Under the pieces are notes generated by a model. That model ran no database searches, was not told the DNA's origin, and saw only the letters and a program-made list of their open reading frames with translations. The translations under genes were made by a program, and so were the position numbers. Positions 12,668 to 26,304 of a stretch of 64,000 bases of DNA are shown here, in pieces. This DNA is from Chiloscyllium plagiosum (Eukaryota): assembly GCF_004010195.1 (NCBI RefSeq), contig NC_057719.1:37262138-37326137 (forward strand), read 5' to 3'. Positions within the stretch are counted from its first letter, which is position 1, and every line of letters starts with the position of its first letter.

Positions 12668-14557
12668 GATTGGACTGGCGGTAATGCTGCCCGTGGCAGT
12701 CTGCAGGATAAAGGACAGATCTCCTTCCCTCTGGAATCTAATGGTCACACACCACAGTATGAGGGCCAGTTCCTGGTTTGCAACATCTGACATGGTGTGC
12801 AGCTGGGCTTTATCAAAGCATCAGTGAGATAAACACCAAAAGATACCAGCAATAGCAAACACTTCTATTTCTCTGGCTGCAGACTTTCCCAGGATGGGCA
12901 CCGAAGAAGTCGGTTGCATAATTAATAAGGTAAAGTGCAGACGATTATGTGAGAAATGTTGCTCTGAGCCACAATGGACCAAATGTCACAAATCTCACTT
13001 GCCCGCAAACACATCAACTGCATGTGGGACACTGCACATTTCACAATTCAGACTTATTCTCCCAATATCTCACCCAAGACATAGAGGTGGCAGTTAATGC
13101 AATCTCCAACATTATTGTTACAACCATTATTTTATACAACACTTAAACAGAAACTGTTTAAAGTATAAACTTCAAAATACATTTTCAATTGTAGCACACT
13201 TCATTTGAATGGCTCTCATAGACAGTCTTTGAGAAAGTCTGCTCTAACATATCTGTTTAATGACAGCTAGTTGTGTAGAGATAAACGTGTTTTTAACATA
13301 AAGTATCTCCACAAAAGCCAAGACCAAACAATCTGTCATAACCTATGATCCATGCTTGCTCTCTGTAGCATCCACAGTCATGCTAAAAAACAGATGTATC
13401 AAAGGAAGCAACAGGCATTTGAAATAGAGAATAGCAATATTATCTGGAAATTTATGACATGTTCATCCATCCTATCCCCAAAATCACTAAAACAGATGAT
13501 TGGAATCATTTGATCTAGAGCTGTTTGTGGAATATTGCCATGTGAACATTGTTGCCACATTTCTTTTCCAAAAATGGCTACATTTCAAACTAATTCATTG
13601 GGCACAAAGTGCTTTGAGATATCTCAAGGGTGCTATAAAAAGGCCAATCCTGTTTTTCTCTTTTGGTAAGTTCAACAAGTTTCCTCCTAGTCCAGATTTT
13701 GCGCATTTTTGTGACAAAAATGAAAGTTTTAAACTTAGTTTTGATTTGGTAGTTATCCCTTTAAATCTAACAGCAATCAGGGGAAGTTAACAGAATTGCA
13801 GCTAGCATCTTGTATTAAGCTTAACATGAATCAAGCGTTTCATTAGATTTCCTGAAAGATTTAAAGGATCAGCCAAACCATATATTTAAAACATGTATGT
13901 GCGTTGTAATTGGTTCAGTTTTGTGTATTACAGCCAGTTAGGTTTGAATCTGGCATTTATTAAAATTCAAATGCCTCATTAAATGATATAAATGTGCTTA
14001 AATGGGTGGAACTGCTTAGTTCAGCAGAGTAATTGATCAGATTGCACTCTTCACAATGAGACCATCTAGCTCCAGCATTTAGAGTATTTGCAAAAAAACT
14101 GCATACATGTACAGTATATAACTATTTATTGTCTACAATACATTGAGCTGAACAATATATTTTCTATTTTAAAGGTATACATGTTCTATGCTGTAGTTAG
14201 TTCTTTCATGGAATTGATTGGCTTAATAATACAAGTTTAAAATAGGTCTGAAGATCTTAGGCTCCAAAGGCTAACAAAAGTTGAAGAAAGATTGTTTGGA
14301 AGCTTAAAATAATTCCAGTGGCTAAACATTGAATACCAAAGCTATGCTGTTTATTACAGTAGGCATGTAGATGAATGCCGCGCTAAAGATCAAGGTTACT
14401 GCAAATGCTCTTGAGCAAGGGAAGTTTGGAACTTAGCCAAGAGAGTGTTCGAAGATATAGAAGCTGAAGAAAGTCTAGTGTAAAAATAATAGGAAGGGGT
14501 GAAAATGTAACAATTATTGCATGTTAAGCAGCAGAGGTTATGGTTTACTGAAGGGAG

Positions 14558-14575
14558 GCCGCCATCTGGTGGCCA
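14558..14575 (-). promoter_or_regulatory. Putative CTCF binding site
   Basis: Minus strand TGGCCACCAGATGGCGGC closely fits the CTCF core consensus. It is an isolated GC-rich motif in AT-rich, non-repetitive DNA. Confidence 0.65.
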
Positions 14576-15597
14576 CTGGTGATGGATTCTCTTCGATGTT
14601 TTTAAAAATATGTCTGGCAAATACAATATAAACCATGCATGGATATTTTGAACTAGTTTGTAAGTCCCATCCTAAGTAATTTCTTGGTTTCTCTTAATCC
14701 AATTATTCTTTTTCTCACTTTTACTTACACATAACACATAACAATATGTAACGAATTTTTAAAGATTCTCTACCAATATGTGAAGAGAACATGGGAAGTG
14801 GCATTGATAAATGTTATCCCCTTTAAAACATTTCCAAAAAAATTAACTGATAATTTAGGAACAAAGGATAGACCATTGGGCCCCTTGACCCTGTTAACTC
14901 TTTACAGATCAATTATTCAGCCCCATTTATCTTTGCTGCAAAATGCTCAGTACACTTGCTTAATGAAAATTTATCAACTTCAATTTTTTAAAGCTTCAAT
15001 TAATCAGTTCCCTCAACTATTTAGAGGAGAAAGCACTAGATTTCAGCTATCAATTTTGTGAAGAGACGTTTCCCAAATGGCCCAGCTGTAATTTTAAGAC
15101 TAAGGTCACTCCATATAATATTGAGGTAAGATTTTATGTCCCACCATCATGGAGATGCAGCAAAAGCGGGTGCCATGACAACAGTGCCACTGCCTACCTA
15201 CCTCTGCTGATATTTTACCAATGCCATAATCGCAGATTCACAGAATAATTACAGTGAAGAAAGGGGTCATTCGGCCCATTGTGTCTGCATTGGCTGGGAT
15301 CATTTTAACTTTGTTGTAATCTCTTGCCTTTTCCCCAAAAGCCCTTTGTAATGTTTCTATTTAAGTAATTATCCAATGCCCTCATGAATGCTTCAAACTG
15401 AACCTGCCTCCATTGCATTTGCAGGCAGTGAATTCCAGACTCTAACAACTCAGAGTGTGAATAGGTTTTTTTCTCACCTTGCATTTGCTTCTTTTGGACA
15501 ACACTTTAAAACATTTATGAGTGGGAACAGTTTCTCTGAACCCACGTTATCCAACCCCTCATGATTTTGAAAAGTCTTATCAGAACTTGTCTTCGGC

Positions 15598-18500
15598 TTA
15601 GAGACATAGAGTCATAGAGATGTACAGCATGGAAACAGACCCTTTGGTCCAACCCGTCCATGCCGACCAGATATCCCAAACCAATCTAGTCCCACCGGCC
15701 CATATCCCTCCAAACCCTTCCTATTTATATACCCATCCAGATGCCTTTTAAATGTTGCAATTGTAACAGCCTCCACCACTTCCTCTAGCAGCCCATTCCA
15801 TATACGTACCACCCACTGTGTGAAAAAGTTGCCTCTTAGGTCTTTTTTATATCTTTCCCCTCTCACCCTAAACCTATGCCCTCTAGCTCTGGACTCCCCC
15901 ACCCCAGGGACGAGACCTTGTCTATTTATCCTATCCATGCCCTTCATGATTTTATAAACCTCTATAAGGTCACCCCTCAGCCTCCGACACTCCAGGGGAA
16001 ACAGCCCCAGCCGATTCAAATCTCCCTGTAGCTCAAATCCTCCAACCCTGGTAACATCCTTGTAAATCTTTTCTGAACCCTTTCAAATTTCACAACATCC
16101 TTCCAATAGGAAGGAGACCAGCATTGCATGCAGTATTCCACAAGTGGCCTAACCAATGTCCTGTACAGCTGCAACATGACCCTGTAATTCCTGTACTCAA
16201 TACTCTGACCAATAAAGGAAAGCATACCAAACACCTTCTTCACTGTCCTAACTACCTGCGACTCCACTTTCAAGGAGCTATGAACCTGCACTTCAAGGTC
16301 CCTTTGTTCAGCAACACTCCCTAGGACCTTACCATTAAGTGTACAAGTCCTGCTATGGTTTTCTTTCCCAAAATGCAGCACCTCGCATTTATCTGAATTA
16401 AACTGCCACTCCTCAGCCCATTGGCCCATCTGATCAAGATCCCATTGTAATCTGAGGTAACCTTCTTCGCTGTCCACTACACCTCCAATTTTGGTGTCAT
16501 CTGCAAACTTACCAACCAAACCTCTTATGCTCATATCCAAATCATTTATATAAATGATGAAAAGTAGTGGACCCAGCACTGATCCTTGTGGCACTCCACT
16601 GGTCACAGGCCTCCAGTCTGAAAAACAGCCCTCCATCACCACCCCCTATCTTCTACCTTTGAGCCAGTTCTATATCGAAATGGCTAGTTCTTCCTGTATT
16701 CCAAGTGATCTAACCTTGCTAATCAGTCTCCCATGGGGAACCTTGTCGAACGCCTTACTGAAGTCCATATAGGTCACGTCTACCACTCCGCCCTCATCAA
16801 TCCTCTTTGTTACTTCTTCAAAAAACTCAATCAAGTTTGTTAGACATGATTTTCCACTCACAAAACCATGTTGACTATCCCTAATCAGTCCTTGCCTTTC
16901 CAAATACAGGTACATCCTGTCCCCCAGGATTCCTTCCAACAACTTGCCCACCACCGACATCAGGCTCACTAAACTATAGTTTCCTGGCTTGTCCTTACCA
17001 CCTTTCTTAAATAGTGGCATCACGTTTGCCAACCTCCAGTCTTCCAGCACCTCACCTGTGACTATCGATGATACAAATATCTCAGCAAGAGGCTCACCAA
17101 TCACTTCCCTAGCTTCCCACAGAGCACGAGGGTAAACTGATCAGGTCCTGGGGATTTATCAACTTCTATCCAGCATTTCTTCTTCTGTAATATGAACATT
17201 TTTCAAGATATCACCATCTATTTCCCTACATTCCATATTTTCCATGACTTTTTGCACAGTCAACACTGATACAAAATATTCATTTAGTACCTCCCCTGTC
17301 TCCTGCAGTTCCACACAAAGACCACCTGGCTGTTCTTTGAGGGGCCCTATTCTCTCCCTAGTTATCCTTTTGTCCTTAATGTATTTGTAAAAAGCCTTTG
17401 GATTCTCCTTAATTCTATTTGTCAAAGCTATCTCATGTCCCCTTTTCGCCCTCCTGATTTCCCTCTAAAGTATACTCCTACTGCCTTTACACTCTAAGGA
17501 TTCACTTGGTCTATCCTGTCTATACCTGACATATGCTTCCTTCTTTTTCTTAACCAAACACTCAATTTCTTTAGTCATCCAGCATTCCCTATACCTACCA
17601 GCCTTTCCTTTCACCCTAACAGGAATATACTGTCTCTGGGCTCTTGTTATCTCATTTCTGAAGATTTCCTATTTTCCAGCCGTCCCTTTACCTGCGAACA
17701 TCTGCCCGGAATCTGCTTTTGAAAGTTCTTGCCTAACACCGTCAAAATGAGCCTTCCTCCAATTTAGAACCTCAACTTTTAGATCTCGTCTTTCCTTTTC
17801 CATTATTATTTCAAAATTAAGAGAATTATGGTCGCTGGCCCCAAAGTGCTCCCCCACAGCCACCTCAGTCACCTGCCCTGCCTTATTTCCCAAGAGTAGG
17901 GTCATGTTTTGCACCTTCCCTGGTAGGTACCTCCACATACTGAATCAGAAAATTTTCTTGTACACACTTAACAAATTCCTCTCCATCTAAACCCTTAATA
18001 CTATGGCAGTCCCAGTCAATGTTTGGAATGTTAAAATCCCCTACCACCCTAACCACGCTATTATTCTTATAGTTAACTGAGATCTCCTCATAAATTTGTT
18101 TCTCAATTTCCCTCTGACTTTTGGGAGGTCTATAATACAAACCCAATAAGGTGATCATCCATTTCTTATTTCTCAGTTCCAACCAAATAACTTCCCTAGA
18201 TTTATTTCTGTGAATATCCTCCCTCAGCACAACTGTAATGCTATCCCTTATCAAAAATGCCACTCCCCCTCCTCTCTTGCCTCCCTTTCTGTCCTTCCTG
18301 TAGCATTTGTATCCTGGAACATTAAGCTGCCAGTCCTGTCCATCCCTGAGCCATGTTTCTGTAATTGCTATGATATCCCAGTTCCTGTTCCTANNNNNNN
18401 NNNNNNNNNNNNNNNNNNNNNTCCCACCCCCCACCTTACTAGTTTAAATCCTCCTAAGCAGCTCTAGCCAATCTCCCTGCCAGTATATTAGTCCCCTTCC

Positions 18501-19320
18501 AATTTAGGTGCAATCTGTCCTTCTTGTACAGGTCGCTTTTACCCCAGATGAGATTCCAATGATCCAAAATGTGAATCCTTCTCCCATACAGCAGCTCCTC
18601 AGCTATGCATCCATCTGCTCTATCCTCTTATTCCTACCCTCACTAGCTTGTAGCATCGGGAGTAATTCAGATATTACTACTCTTGATGACCTCCTTTTTA
18701 AATTCCTGCCTAACTGTCTATATTCTCCCTTCAGAATCTCATCCTTTTCCCTTCCTAGGTCATTGGTTCCAATGTGTACAATGACCATCTGCTGGTCCCT
18801 CTCCCCTGTGAGAACATTCTGCACCCTCTCTGCACCCTCTGAGACATCCTTGATCCTGGCACCAGGGAGGCAACACACCATTCTGATTTTTCGCTGCTGA
18901 CCACAGAAATATTCGTCTGTGCCTCAGACGAGAGAGTCCCCCAACACAACTAATCTCTTGGAACCTGATGGCATTGGAGCCAGTCTAGATACCAGAAACG
19001 TTACTGTTCATGCCACATTCCCCAGAGAATCCGTCACCCCCTACAGCATACTTGTTTGAAATGGGGATAGCCACAGAAGACTCTTGCACTACCTGCCTCC
19101 CCCTCTTACCTTTTCTGGAGTTAACCCATCTATGTGACTGTATCTGTGACATTTCTCCCTTCCTATAACTGCCATCCATCACATCCCCTTGCTTTTGTAA
19201 ATTCCTCATTGCCTCTAACTGTTGCTCCAACCGATCTATTCGATCTGATAGGATTCGCAACCAATGGCATTTATTGTAGACATAATCCTCAATAACATGT
19301 AAACTCACCCTAAACTCCCT
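15598..19320 (-). mobile_element. Near full-length CR1-clade (HER1-like) LINE, decayed
   Basis: ORF1 remnants: coiled-coil region (18985-19300) and SGNH/GDSL esterase (CLPGARIKDV...VHIGTND, 18603-18881). ORF2 remnants: APE (ITETW, GDFN, SDHN) and RT ([14 protein letters not shown]). 3' tail of TCTATGAC-like repeats at ~15600-15620. N-gap at 18394-18421. It splits an older CR1 3' fragment (~15230-15597, resuming ~19321). Confidence 0.93.
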
Positions 19321-20469
19321 TATCCTGTCCAAATAAAACAATCCTAATATCTCTAACCTTTCCTCAGAACAAAAGTGTCTGACCCATGCAACCATTCTTG
19401 TGAACATCACTCTTATAAACATCTGTGTCTCATATAAGGTCATTATAACCTCCCTGCTCTTTTCTTTATGCTCTTATTGATGAAATCTAGAATAGTGTTT
19501 GCTTTTGTAGCAGCACGCTCTACCTGCCAACTCTAAAGCATGAATATACGAACAAGGAACAAGAGTAAGCCACCTGGCCTTTCGAGCCTGCTCTGCCATT
19601 CAATTAGATCATGGTCGATCTGATTTTAACCTCAACTCAATTTCCTGGGCATACCTGATAATCTTTCATCTCCTTGGTAATCAAGAATCTATCTACCTCT
19701 GCCTTAAAAATAGTTAAAGTTACATCCACTGTCTTTTGAGAAAGAAAATTCCAAGGACTCAACTCTGAGAAAAGAATGTCCCTCATCTCTGTTCATACAA
19801 TCAGGTCTCTCTGTTTCTGCACACTTTTTAGAAAGTACCCTTAATTTTCTCCTGTCTTTCCATGTTCTTTGTACCAAAGTTCATCACTTCACACTTCCTC
19901 TCCACATTGAACATGATCTGCCACCTATCTGCCCCACTCCACCACTATGACAATATCTTTTTAAAGTTTTACATTGTCCTCTTCATGATTTACAATTCTC
20001 CCAAGGTTTGTGTCATCTGATAAACTTCAAAATTGTCCTTTGTACACCAAGATCTGAATCATTTACAGTGGTCAAGTGGAGCAAGGGTCCAAATACCAAC
20101 TCGTGGAGAATTCCAATATAAAGCTGCTTCCAGCCTGAAAAATACCCATTACCTCTGTTTCCAATTCCTCAGCTAACTTTGCATCCATGATGCTACTAAT
20201 CTTTTTATACTATTACCTGTAAGTTTCCCCACAAAGCTGCTGTGTGATATGGTATTAAATGTCTTTTAAAGTCCATCTTCACTGCTCCTGAATCCAGGGA
20301 AGATAGGAAGGTAATTGTAGTGCCTCTACAATGTCCAGCCCCATTTCCTTCACCTCCTTCTCAATCGTAAATCCTCCTAGTGATTGAGTTTCCTTCTTTG
20401 TCACAATAGTCTGGCATTTTAAAAAAATGTTCAGCATAACTTCTCCACCTTTCTACTCAACATCTTTAT

Positions 20470-23280
20470 TTATGAAGTACAAGATCCCATACTTTTTATT
20501 AATGAATAACTTGAATAACTTTGTCATTTGACAATCAAGAAAGCAGACTTGACGTTATCCCCTACTATCTGCCCGATATATCTGCCCATGGCTGTATCAG
20601 TAAGAATCACCACCACAGTCCTATGGCTACTGATTCCTATCTTCACATTGAGGATACCCTCCATCATGTTGTCTGACAAAATCACTCTGTTAAGTGGGAT
20701 AGACTTTGCAAGATGCAGCAATCATGACTGTGTATCTATGAAGTGCTCTGGGCCATCAGCAGCAGTAAAATCATACTCTGACATTATCTGTAAATTTATA
20801 GCCCAGCATATCCCCACTCTACCATAATCATCAAGCTAAGGGATCAACTCTGATTGAACAAAGAGGATAGGAGGGGATGCCAGGAACAACATTAAGCATA
20901 CTTAAGAATGACGTGTCAACCTGATGAAGTCACAACACCTGTGTGCCAAACAGCAAATCCAAACCGATGGATGAGATATAAATGCTGTCGTCGTGCCATT
21001 TCCAATCGTGAATGGTGGCAGACAATAAAACAACTCACTGGATAAAGAGGGTCCGTGAACAACTCATCCTCAATGTTGGGGGTGTCCAGCACTTCTCTAA
21101 CAATCTTCAGCCATAAGTGCCTCCTCTGAAGGTCCCCAGTATCACAAATGTCAGTCTTCAACCAATTTCTTTCATTCCAAGTGATATTAAGAAATGTCTG
21201 GAGCCACAGATTAATGTAAAGAGTGTGGGCCTGGATATTATTCTGGCAGTAGTACTGAAGACTAGTATTCCAGAACTCGCCTAGCTGTTCCAATACAGCT
21301 ACAACACTGGCATCATGGCTTTGTGTGTGGGAATTCATGTCTCACAAACTTGATTGAGTTTTTTGAAGAAGTAACAAAGAAAATTGATGAGGGCAGAGCA
21401 GTAGATGTGATCTAGATGGACTTCAGTAAGGCGTTCGACAAGGCTCCCCATGGGAGACTGATTAGCAAGGTTAGGTCTCATGGAAAACTAGCCATTTGGG
21501 TACAGAACTGGCTCAAAGATAGAAGACAGAAGGTGGTGGTGGAGGGTTGTTTTTCAGACTGGAGGCCTGTGACCAGTGGAGTGCCACAAGGATCGGTGCT
21601 GGACCCTCTACTTTTTGTCATTTACATAAATGATTTGGATGCGAGCATAAGAGGTACAGTTAGTAAGTTTGCAGATGACACCAAAATTGGANNNNNNNNN
21701 NNNNNNNNNNNNNNNNNNNNNNNNNNNNNNNNNNNNNNNNNNNNNNNNNNNNNNNNNNNNNNNNNNNNNNNNNTTATTGGTCAGAATATTGAGTACAGAA
21801 GTTGGGAGGTCATGTTGCGGCTGTACAGGACATTGGTTAGGCCACTGTTGGAATATTGCGTGCAATTCTGGTCTCCTTCCTATCGGAAAGATGTTGTGAA
21901 ACTTGAAAGGGTTCAGAAAAGATTTGCAAGGATGTTACCAGGGTTGGAGGATCTAAGCTACAGGGAGAGGCTGAACAGGCTGGGGCTGTTTTCCCTGGAG
22001 CGTTGGAGGCTGAGGGGTGACCTTATAGAAGTTTACAAAATTATGAGGGGGAAAGATAGGATAAAGAGACAAAGTCTTTTCCTTGGGGTTGGGGAGTTCA
22101 GAACTAGAAGGCATAGGATTAGGGTGAGAGGGGAAAGATATAAAAGAGACCTAAGGGGCAACCTTTTCACGCAGAGGGCGGTACGTGTATGGAATGAGCT
22201 GCCAGAGGATATGGTGGAGGCTGGTACAATTGCAACATTTAAGAGGCATTTGGTTGGGTATATGAATAGGAAGGGTTTGGATGGATACGGGCCGGGTGCT
22301 GGCAGGTGAGTCTAGATTGGGTTGGGATATCTGGTCGGTATGGACGGGTTGGACCGAAGGGTCTGTTTCCATGCTGTACATCTCTATGACTCTATCTACC
22401 CAACAATTAAAAATTTTGCCCAGGCATGTCTTATACACAAAAAACAACACCTATCCATCCCAGCCATTTACTGCCCATGTCTCCAGCGGTGAGGTGAGAG
22501 TGACTGCCTTTGACATCAAAGCTGCATTTGACTGAATGTGGCATCAAGGAGTTCTAGCAGAATTGGAATCCGTGAGAATTGTTCGGGGTGGGGCATTCTT
22601 TGCTATCTGGAGTAATACCGGTACAAAGGAAATTAGTTGTGATTATTTGATGCCAGTCATCTCAACTCCAAGGCATCTCTGCAGGTATTCCTCGGGCTAG
22701 TATCCTAGACTCTTCAGTTGCTTCATCAATGAACTTCCCTCCATCCTAAGGGATGGAGATATTCACTGATGGTTACACAATGTTCAGCACCACTCGTGAT
22801 ACCTCAGACATTGAAGTAGTCCATGTCCACAAATGCAACAAGACCTGAGCACTATCCAGGTTTGAGCTAACAGTTAACACTTGTGCCACACAAGGGCCAG
22901 GCAATGTTTATCTCTAACAAAAGACAATCTAATGATCACCCTTTAACATTCAATGGCATTAGCATCACTGAATTCCCTATTACTAACATCCTGAGAATTA
23001 CCATTACTAAGAAATTGAACTGGACTAACCATATAAATACTATGGATGCAAGAGCAGGTTAGATACAAGGAATCCTGTGGTATGTAACTCACCTGCTGAC
23101 TCCCTGTCCTCCACCTATAAGAGAAAAGTCAGGAGTGTGATGAAATTATGAGAGTACCTTCACCATATTGAATGCAATGGCTCAAAAAGGCAGTTCAACT
23201 ATCACCTTCTCAAGTGCAATCAGAAATGGGCTGTTAATAGCAGCCCAGCCAGTGAAGTCCAAATCTCCTGAATAAATTAA
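20470..23280 (+). mobile_element. Older, divergent CR1-like LINE family (host of the 21.3-22.4 kb copy)
   Basis: Degenerate RT motif GEVRVTAFDIKAAFD at 22488-22533 and a PQ.SIL-like region at ~22685. The host sequence is continuous across the young insertion (GGCATC|ATCTACCC). Confidence 0.7.
21312..22394 (+). mobile_element. 5'-truncated CR1/HER1-like LINE inserted in an older LINE
   Basis: RT motifs [15 protein letters not shown] and FADD, plus the 3' tail CTCTATGACTCT. N-gap at 21692-21773. Confidence 0.92.
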
Positions 23281-25639
23281 AGAAAGGACCCTCGGTTGAT
23301 GTCACTGTGAGCCTTTTATGACTGTGCCAGCATTCCCTCATCTAACTCCTCTGTAAAAATGCATCACACTGTATTTCTCTTCACTGAATTCCATCTTTTC
23401 AACCATTCCATTTCCTGTCTTATCCTGTGAAGTCATCGCATCATCCTCACTCTGCACTACATCTCCCAAAATTGGTATCATCAGCACGTTTTGAGTTTTT
23501 GCTCTGTTCCAATATGCAATGAATTTATATATCAAAAGCAAAACTGCAGTCCCAACGCTGACAACTGGGAGACGCCGCCCATCAGTCAGAAAAACAAACA
23601 CAACTCAACTGGCTGTTTTCCGTCCTTAAGCCCATGAAGCCCTTAAACTGATATTATAATTTTCATCAGCCTCAATTTTGCTGAACAGTTTTTGATGCGT
23701 TGATTTGCCAAATGCCTCCCTAAAATCCATATGGAACACATTCATTGAATTCCTTTCATCAATCTTTTTATACTTTATTAAAAATTTGATCACTTTAGTC
23801 AAATGCAATATGCCTTGTCAATTTTATGCTGGATCTCCTTAATTAATTTGAACTTCTCCAAGCACCTGTTGGCTTTTTCCAGATTATTGTTTCTAAAACA
23901 TTACCCATTATTGATGTTTTACTGACCAGTCTACACTTTAAGACTTTCACTCATTGCTATTAATGGGACATGCTATATACAAATTGGCCACAATTCCCTG
24001 TCTTACCATGTCACTACACTTCAGAAGTACTTCTTTTTACATAAATCAAGGACATTCTGCAATTTTGAAAAGTGTTAGTTAAAGCAAGCTCCTTTCGGTT
24101 AAACTGACAGAAATGAAAAATAATACAAGTGACAAGTAAAAGTCACAGCCATCAAATTCCTTGAGTCAAAGTCTGTAAGTCTGTGTTGTCTTTAGTTCTA
24201 GAGCATCTGCACCATGGGAGGAATGAAGATCACAAGAACCAGATAACATTTAACAAAACAAAAGCTACTATTACTTGGATCATAAAAGCTTCAAGTAATC
24301 AATATGAACATTTTATTTTTGAATGGTCAGCAACCTTGGTACAAATTGTTAATTGCATTTTCCGCTGAAATTTTAAAGACAGGAAAACTTGTAATTAAAT
24401 CAGCCACTGTATTCTTTACGACGTTCATCCAGTGATATTGTTTTAACGAATCTTGTGATGGACATATTAAAGTAGAGTCTGTGAATATAATATTTTCATA
24501 CTGATGGAAAGCTGATTGAGATATTTAAGATGACTCAAGTCACAAAGTTTATTCAGTCTTTCCTATCTCCCCTGCATTAGTAAGCAGAAATTGCAACTCT
24601 GAGTGGTGATGCAAAGGTTGGCACCAGTCCATGTCTTCCATTAAGATTGCTTGTCACTTGTAGTGCAAGTAAACAGATGAAGTGTTTTCACCATGAAATA
24701 TTTACCCTTGTTAGGACTGACTACTCTGTTACTTTTGTATCTATAGAGTCAAGGTCCAAGTCTAAACCTAATAAAACTTAGGTTTGGCGAACATTGCGGT
24801 ATATTTCTGTTCTTTCATTTTAAAGTATTGAATCATGAGAACAATTTAGCAGTTCTTACAAAAATTTGCAGCTCAGAGTCATACTGCACTGAAGAGGTCC
24901 TTACTTCCATTGGGTCTACACTATTCCCATTTTACACCACATTCACCTGGGGAGAATCCAAAACTAGGGAACACAGTCCAAAAACAAGGGTTCATCCATT
25001 TTAGACGGAAATTAGATAAAAGGTTTCTGAGGAATGTGAGAAACAGAAGAACTAAAATTTAATTCTGCAATTAAGAGTACAAATGAGCAATTCAGTTTTA
25101 AAATATAGCATTTTCATGCAATATTTTCAACAGAAAGAGAAAGAACACCATAAGGTGCATGCCTTATGTTGTTGTGTTGCTTATCATTTACTTAGAACAG
25201 GAGATAAGAGCACAAGCAATAGAATCAGGTGAAGGATGCAGAATCTTTGAGCTGGTTGCAGCTCCACCTTCGATCCCTAATACTATGTCCAATGAATTGA
25301 GTAAACAATACTAATTTGAACTACAGTAAATTAAAAATCTGGTATAAATGATAAATAAGAGTAAGGTAAAATTAAATTTTAAAAACCTGTACATAGATAT
25401 GAAGCATGAGAGCCACATAAAATAAATATACAAAAAAGTAATTTTATATACAATTATGGATGATTATTGTTATTCTTATATTATGTCAGGACATCAGGAC
25501 ACTTCATCTGTGCATGAAGTGCCTCCAGTTACTCGTGTGTGAATTCAAGGTTTTGGCTGGGGTTACTGCAGGGCAAAGGGAAAGCTGACAATCTTCTGGG
25601 CTTTTTGGTCCAAGAGCTGGTCACACATAACTATTAAGA

Positions 25640-25850
25640 GGAGAGTGGATGATGGCTGCTTATCTGGTTAGAAACAGGCAGACAGAGTGGAATCCTTCAT
25701 TGTGGGGTGATCTGAGACAGGCTGTTGCCACCTCAGAGGAGTGCAGCCAAGAACAAATCCATAACACTGACAGGGTGCAGAACATTTCCCTGTGGGAAGG
25801 AGAACAGCCAGAAGTCACAGTCTATTTGGAACCAACGTCATAGGTACAAA
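25640..25850 (+). mobile_element. CR1 ORF1 esterase remnant
   Basis: Frameshifted TDRVQNI..EGEQPEVTV..GTNVIG, homologous to the esterase segment at 18603-18881. Confidence 0.55.
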
Positions 25851-26304
25851 AAGTCTTGATCTTTTAATTTCTACAATAAACGTTGATGTGACACATCATC
25901 AAATGTCTGCTAGAAATCTAAATACTGTACAGCGTATTCATATCCACAGCACATATTATTCCATTAAAGAACTCTAATAAATTAGTTAAGCATGATTTCC
26001 CTTTAACAAAATGACACTAACTTTTCCTGTTTGTCTTGAGTTTTTCTAAGTGCCAAATTATAACCTCTTTAATAATTCATCATAATATCTTCCCCACAAT
26101 AGGCATCAAGCTAACTGGCCAATGGAGTCTTGTCTCATTCCCTTCTTGAATAGAGGTGTTATATTTGTTACTTTCCAGTCTGATGGAAGCTTTCCTGAAT
26201 CTAGGAAATTTTTGAGAAATAATTATTTCATTAGCCACCTCTTTCAAGACCCTCGGAATGAAGCCTATCTAGACCTGGAGGGTGATCATTACAAGTCCAA
26301 CAGT

